NCBI RefSeq assembly: GCF_036321535.1
Contig: NC_087437.1
Location: 54,562,001-54,626,000, forward strand
Length of the DNA: 64,000 nucleotides
Direction: 5' to 3'
Source of the DNA: Camelus dromedarius
Taxonomy: Eukaryota
Made by a program: the position numbers and the translations under genes. Below are positions 62,330 to 64,000 of this stretch, one piece after another (position 1 is the stretch's first letter; every line of letters begins with the position of its first letter). The notes under the pieces are model-generated. The model was not told the origin of the DNA, did no database searches, and saw only the letters and a program-made list of their open reading frames with translations.

Positions 62330-62830
62330 TTGCTGTTGGCAACTCAGAAAAATAGTGGAGAGAGTTCCTTTATGCACTTCACCCACCCGGCTTCTGCTAA
62401 TGTCAGTATCTCACGTGACTGGAGTACATTTATCACAGCTAAGAAGGTAGAATTGGTCCACATGATTAATTAACCTACAGAAGTTCCTTGAATTTCCCCA
62501 CTTTTCCACTACTGCTTTATGTCTGCTCCACAATTCAATTTGGGTACTCCTCTGCATTTGGTCATCATCTCTTCTTAGTCTCCTGTCTGTAACTGTTTCT
62601 CAATCCTTCCTAGTTTTTCAAGACCTTGGCACTTTTAAAGTGTATTGGGCAGTTATTTTGTAGACTGTCTCTCCATGAATTTACCTGATGTTTTCTCATA
62701 GTTAGATGGGGTTGTGGATTTGGGGAAGACCTCCATCGAGGTGAAGCCCCTCTCATGGCTTTGTATCAGGGAGTACCTGATATTAACATGACCCATTCCT
62801 GGGATGCCAACACTGCTGCGGATCAGTTTT
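62330..62830 (-). mobile_element. Ancient L1MC 3' end
   Basis: 'aaaatagtggagagagttcc...tgcatttggtcatcat...gaccttggcacttttaaagtgtattgggcagttattttgtagactgtc...tgatgttttctcat...ttggggaaga'. Confidence 0.8.
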
Positions 62831-63894
62831 CTCTTACCATGTTTTAACTAAAGACTGTTTGTCTGGGCTGTTAACACTCTGATTCCTTGGCATATTAGTG
62901 GTGGCCATCACTGACTAGTCTTCAAACTACCAGCTTCATTCTAATGGAAGGCCAAGACTCCCAAAGCAAGTGTCTCCCAAAACTCAATTAGAAAATATTG
63001 TTCGGCCCCCGAGGCCCTTGTTGGGGCTGGCTACGACTGCCTCTAGTCCTAACCCTGGGGCTTGCCTGGTGGGGAGAGTTGAACCACAGTGCCAGCTTTG
63101 TGTATTCTTACCTGGTGAACAGCATGAGGATTGGGGCCTACCTCAGAAACCAAATCTTCACCAGAAAGGAGAACACTAGGGAAAGCAAAAAAGAGTGAGA
63201 GACAGGCTCTGCCAGACTTCTGAAGATGCCCCTTCACCTTAATTAGTATGGCTTAATGGATGCTAGCCATTATTGTCCCCCTTCCCATCCTGGAGGAAGA
63301 AGTGATGGAGATCGCTTTATCATTTGATAAGGGAACAGAATCTTCCATATCCATGGACCAAAACCAGAAAGTATGAAAAGGGGAAGAGTTTCTTTTTTCT
63401 TAGTAGCTTCATACATGGATGCATTACCCATTTCCTGAATTTTCGCCTACCCTGTTTTATTCTCAGAGGATGCACAGTGGGGTTGGGAAGAAAAGTACTG
63501 ATTGAAGAACCAGAAAACAAATCTTGATTCAAGCCACAAAAAATTGGAGGGTAGACTCTCAGTTCCTCTATGTGATGATACCCCTATCCCAATGGGTAGA
63601 GTGGCTAAGTTGCTGTTTTGCTGGTAGGAACCCTTGGTCCTGTTTGGTTTTCCTCATCCTCACATATGAGATGGAGCATTTTCTCTCTCTGACATTTGCC
63701 ATCACAATGTTCAGCAATCTCTTGGTCTTGAGGTATAGAGTTGAGAGAAATATTTTGCAATATTGGTTTGGTTAGATCTGCCTGTGAGAGTCTAAGTACC
63801 TTGATAACTATTGTAGAACTTGTCTCCTTTCTCCAACACACTGTTTCACTCTTTTCAATTCCTAGGAGGTAAAGGTTGAGGAGAGGTTGGAGAT

Positions 63895-64000
63895 GGGCTG
63901 GCCAATATGGTAGCCACTAGCCATGTGGCCACTGAACACTTGAAATGTGGCTAATGCCACATGCTGAAAGGATAAAATTTTGTATCTATCTGTAAAATAA
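63895..64000. mobile_element. MER3/MER33 hAT-Charlie MITE (runs off the window end)
   Basis: 'gctggccaatatggtagccactagccatgtggccactgaacacttgaaatgtggcta'. Confidence 0.8.

Noticed and set aside
139..63841. ORFs of 60-163 aa in the six-frame track
   Set aside because: None resembles a protein I recognise. Many begin at GTG/TTG, overlap one another, or translate simple repeats and transposon fossils. The only informative one (1194-1388) is a dead L1 ORF2 remnant.
1..64000. CRISPR array, operon-like system, NUMT or endogenous viral gene
   Set aside because: This is mammalian nuclear DNA with no repeat-spacer periodicity, no long ORFs, no LTR pair and no convincing mitochondrial or viral similarity by eye.

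Overview
This is 64 kb of mammalian non-coding DNA, almost certainly camelid: it has three tRNA-derived Vic-1-type SINEs with target-site duplications (TSDs) and several cetartiodactyl-type L1 3' ends. I find no credible protein-coding exon, RNA gene or viral insertion, and the ORF track is noise apart from one decayed L1 ORF2 remnant. The window is rich in ancient MIR, L2, L1M and hAT (MER) fossils and in microsatellites. Most L1 copies and all three young SINEs lie on the minus strand, which suggests (inference only) a long intron of a gene transcribed on the plus strand; I could not identify that gene. Repeat family names come from recalled consensus sequences, not from a search, and boundaries of old repeats are approximate. 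The leads most worth checking are: (1) a branch point-CAG|GTGAG junction typical of recursive splice sites, inside a repeat-free block (33.76-33.80 kb); (2) a tail-to-tail L2 hairpin of pre-miRNA size (48.98-49.07 kb); (3) a CpG-dense patch that appears L2-derived, with two NRF1 sites and a CTCF-like site (11.7 kb); (4) a promoter/first-exon-like zone (13.8-16.5 kb) with an acceptor and donor only 2 nt apart; (5) a twin-primed, inverted L1 insertion (39.05-39.30 kb). None of these is shown to be a new system from sequence alone.
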